A stretch of DNA of 64,000 bases from Methanothermococcus thermolithotrophicus DSM 2095 (GTDB taxonomy: Archaea > AGJL01 > Methanococci > Methanococcales > Methanococcaceae), in contig NZ_OX296583.1 of the NCBI RefSeq assembly GCF_946463545.1, positions 1,432,902 to 1,496,901 on the forward strand, read 5' to 3'. Position 1 is the stretch's first letter. Each line of letters starts with the position of its first letter. The position numbers were made by a program, and so were the translations under genes. The notes under the pieces are model-generated. The model ran no database searches, was not told where the DNA came from, and saw only the letters and a list, made by a program, of their open reading frames with translations. Shown piece by piece: positions 63,233-64,000 of the stretch.

Positions 63233-64000
63233 TTGGAAATAAATGTCTTGTAGCAAATTCTTTTGCCCAGTATGTTATTATAAAGTCTGCTCCGGCTCGC
63301 TTAATGCTTAAAAGAGTTTCATAAATTGTGGCATCCCTATCAAGCCAGCCTTTTTCAGCTGCAGCTTCCACCATTGAATACTCTCCACTTACGCAATAGC
63401 CCCCAATTGGCACGTTGAAGTTATCTTTAGCCATTTTTAATATATCCAAATATGGAAGTGCAGGTTTGACAAGTATTAAATCAGCACCTTCTTCTATGTC
63501 CAACTCAATTTCTCTTAAGGCTTCCTTTGAATTTCCGGGATCCATCTGATAGGTTTTTCTATCTCCAAATTTAGGGGCACTTTCTGCAGCATCCCTAAAA
63601 GGACCATAAAATGCAGAAGAATACTTTGCCGCGTAGCTCATTATGGCAACATTTTTGTGGCCGTTTTCTTCTAAAACTTCCCTAATTTTTCTAACTCTTC
63701 CATCCATCATGTCAGAAGGAGCCACTATATCGGCACCACTTTCAGCATAGGATAATGCTATCTTACCTAAGATTTCAAGGGTTTCATCGTTTAAAATTTC
63801 ATTATCTTTAACTATACCACAATGTCCATGAGAAGTATATTCGCACATACAAACATCAGCTATAACTAAAAGTTCATCCCCAAGTTCTTCCTTTATTTTT
63901 GAAATTGCCTTTTGAACTCCGCCATTCATATCGTAGGCTGAAGAGGCTACTTCGTCTTTGTATTTCGGAATTCCAAATAAAATAACGGCAGGAATTCCTA
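63222..64000 (-). CDS. hemB: Porphobilinogen synthase (delta-aminolevulinate dehydratase), partial; N-terminus beyond window end
   Basis: The frame stays open to position 64000 (...[31 protein letters not shown]...). Conserved HemB C-terminal half. Confidence 0.85.
   Translation of the reverse strand, partial: GIPAVILFGIPKYKDEVASSAYDMNGGVQKAISKIKEELGDELLVIADVCMCEYTSHGHCGIVKDNEILNDETLEILGKIALSYAESGADIVAPSDMMDGRVRKIREVLEENGHKNVAIMSYAAKYSSAFYGPFRDAAESAPKFGDRKTYQMDPGNSKEALREIELDIEEGADLILVKPALPYLDILKMAKDNFNVPIGGYCVSGEYSMVEAAAEKGWLDRDATIYETLLSIKRAGADFIITYWAKEFATRHLFPTPL

Overview
This window is AT-rich (about 30-32% GC) archaeal chromosome. Gene content points to a Methanococcales methanogen: Mtd, FdhAB-like genes, CbiMNQ, a split SelU, and a Hel308 helicase carrying an intein.

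Conserved housekeeping genes: argJ, guaA subunit B, pyrG, hel308, purM, pheT, hemB (partial), mtd and fdhB/fdhA-like. Around them sit several accessory regions.

1. 4.8-19.2 kb is a defense and toxin-antitoxin hotspot. It holds hsdS, relBE, a HEPN/MNT remnant, and 2 kb of gene debris with a palindromic operator-like motif. It also holds an island bounded by 28-bp direct repeats. The island carries a PLD-SNF2 helicase-nuclease, a nuclease-domain paralog that shows gene-conversion tracts, and a frameshifted Type IIG restriction-modification enzyme.

2. 33.9-45.4 kb is a co-directional cluster. It encodes two Snf7/ESCRT-III-like proteins, a Vps4-like MIT-AAA ATPase, a secreted beta-propeller, two Ser/Thr kinases, a membrane protein and a PP2C phosphatase.

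3. A 4-repeat orphan CRISPR array lies between pheT and hemB.

4. A box C/D sRNA carries an expanded internal spacer.

Two genome-wide DNA-level signals stand out. The palindrome GAGCTC (often GGAGCTCC) is about 15-fold over-represented. A family of modular GAA-triloop mini-hairpin repeats occurs in intergenic DNA and, in-frame, inside the hel308 gene and its intein.

Several frameshifts sit in short homopolymer runs and may be sequencing artefacts. Protein calls rest on motifs I recognise by eye. No database search was possible.
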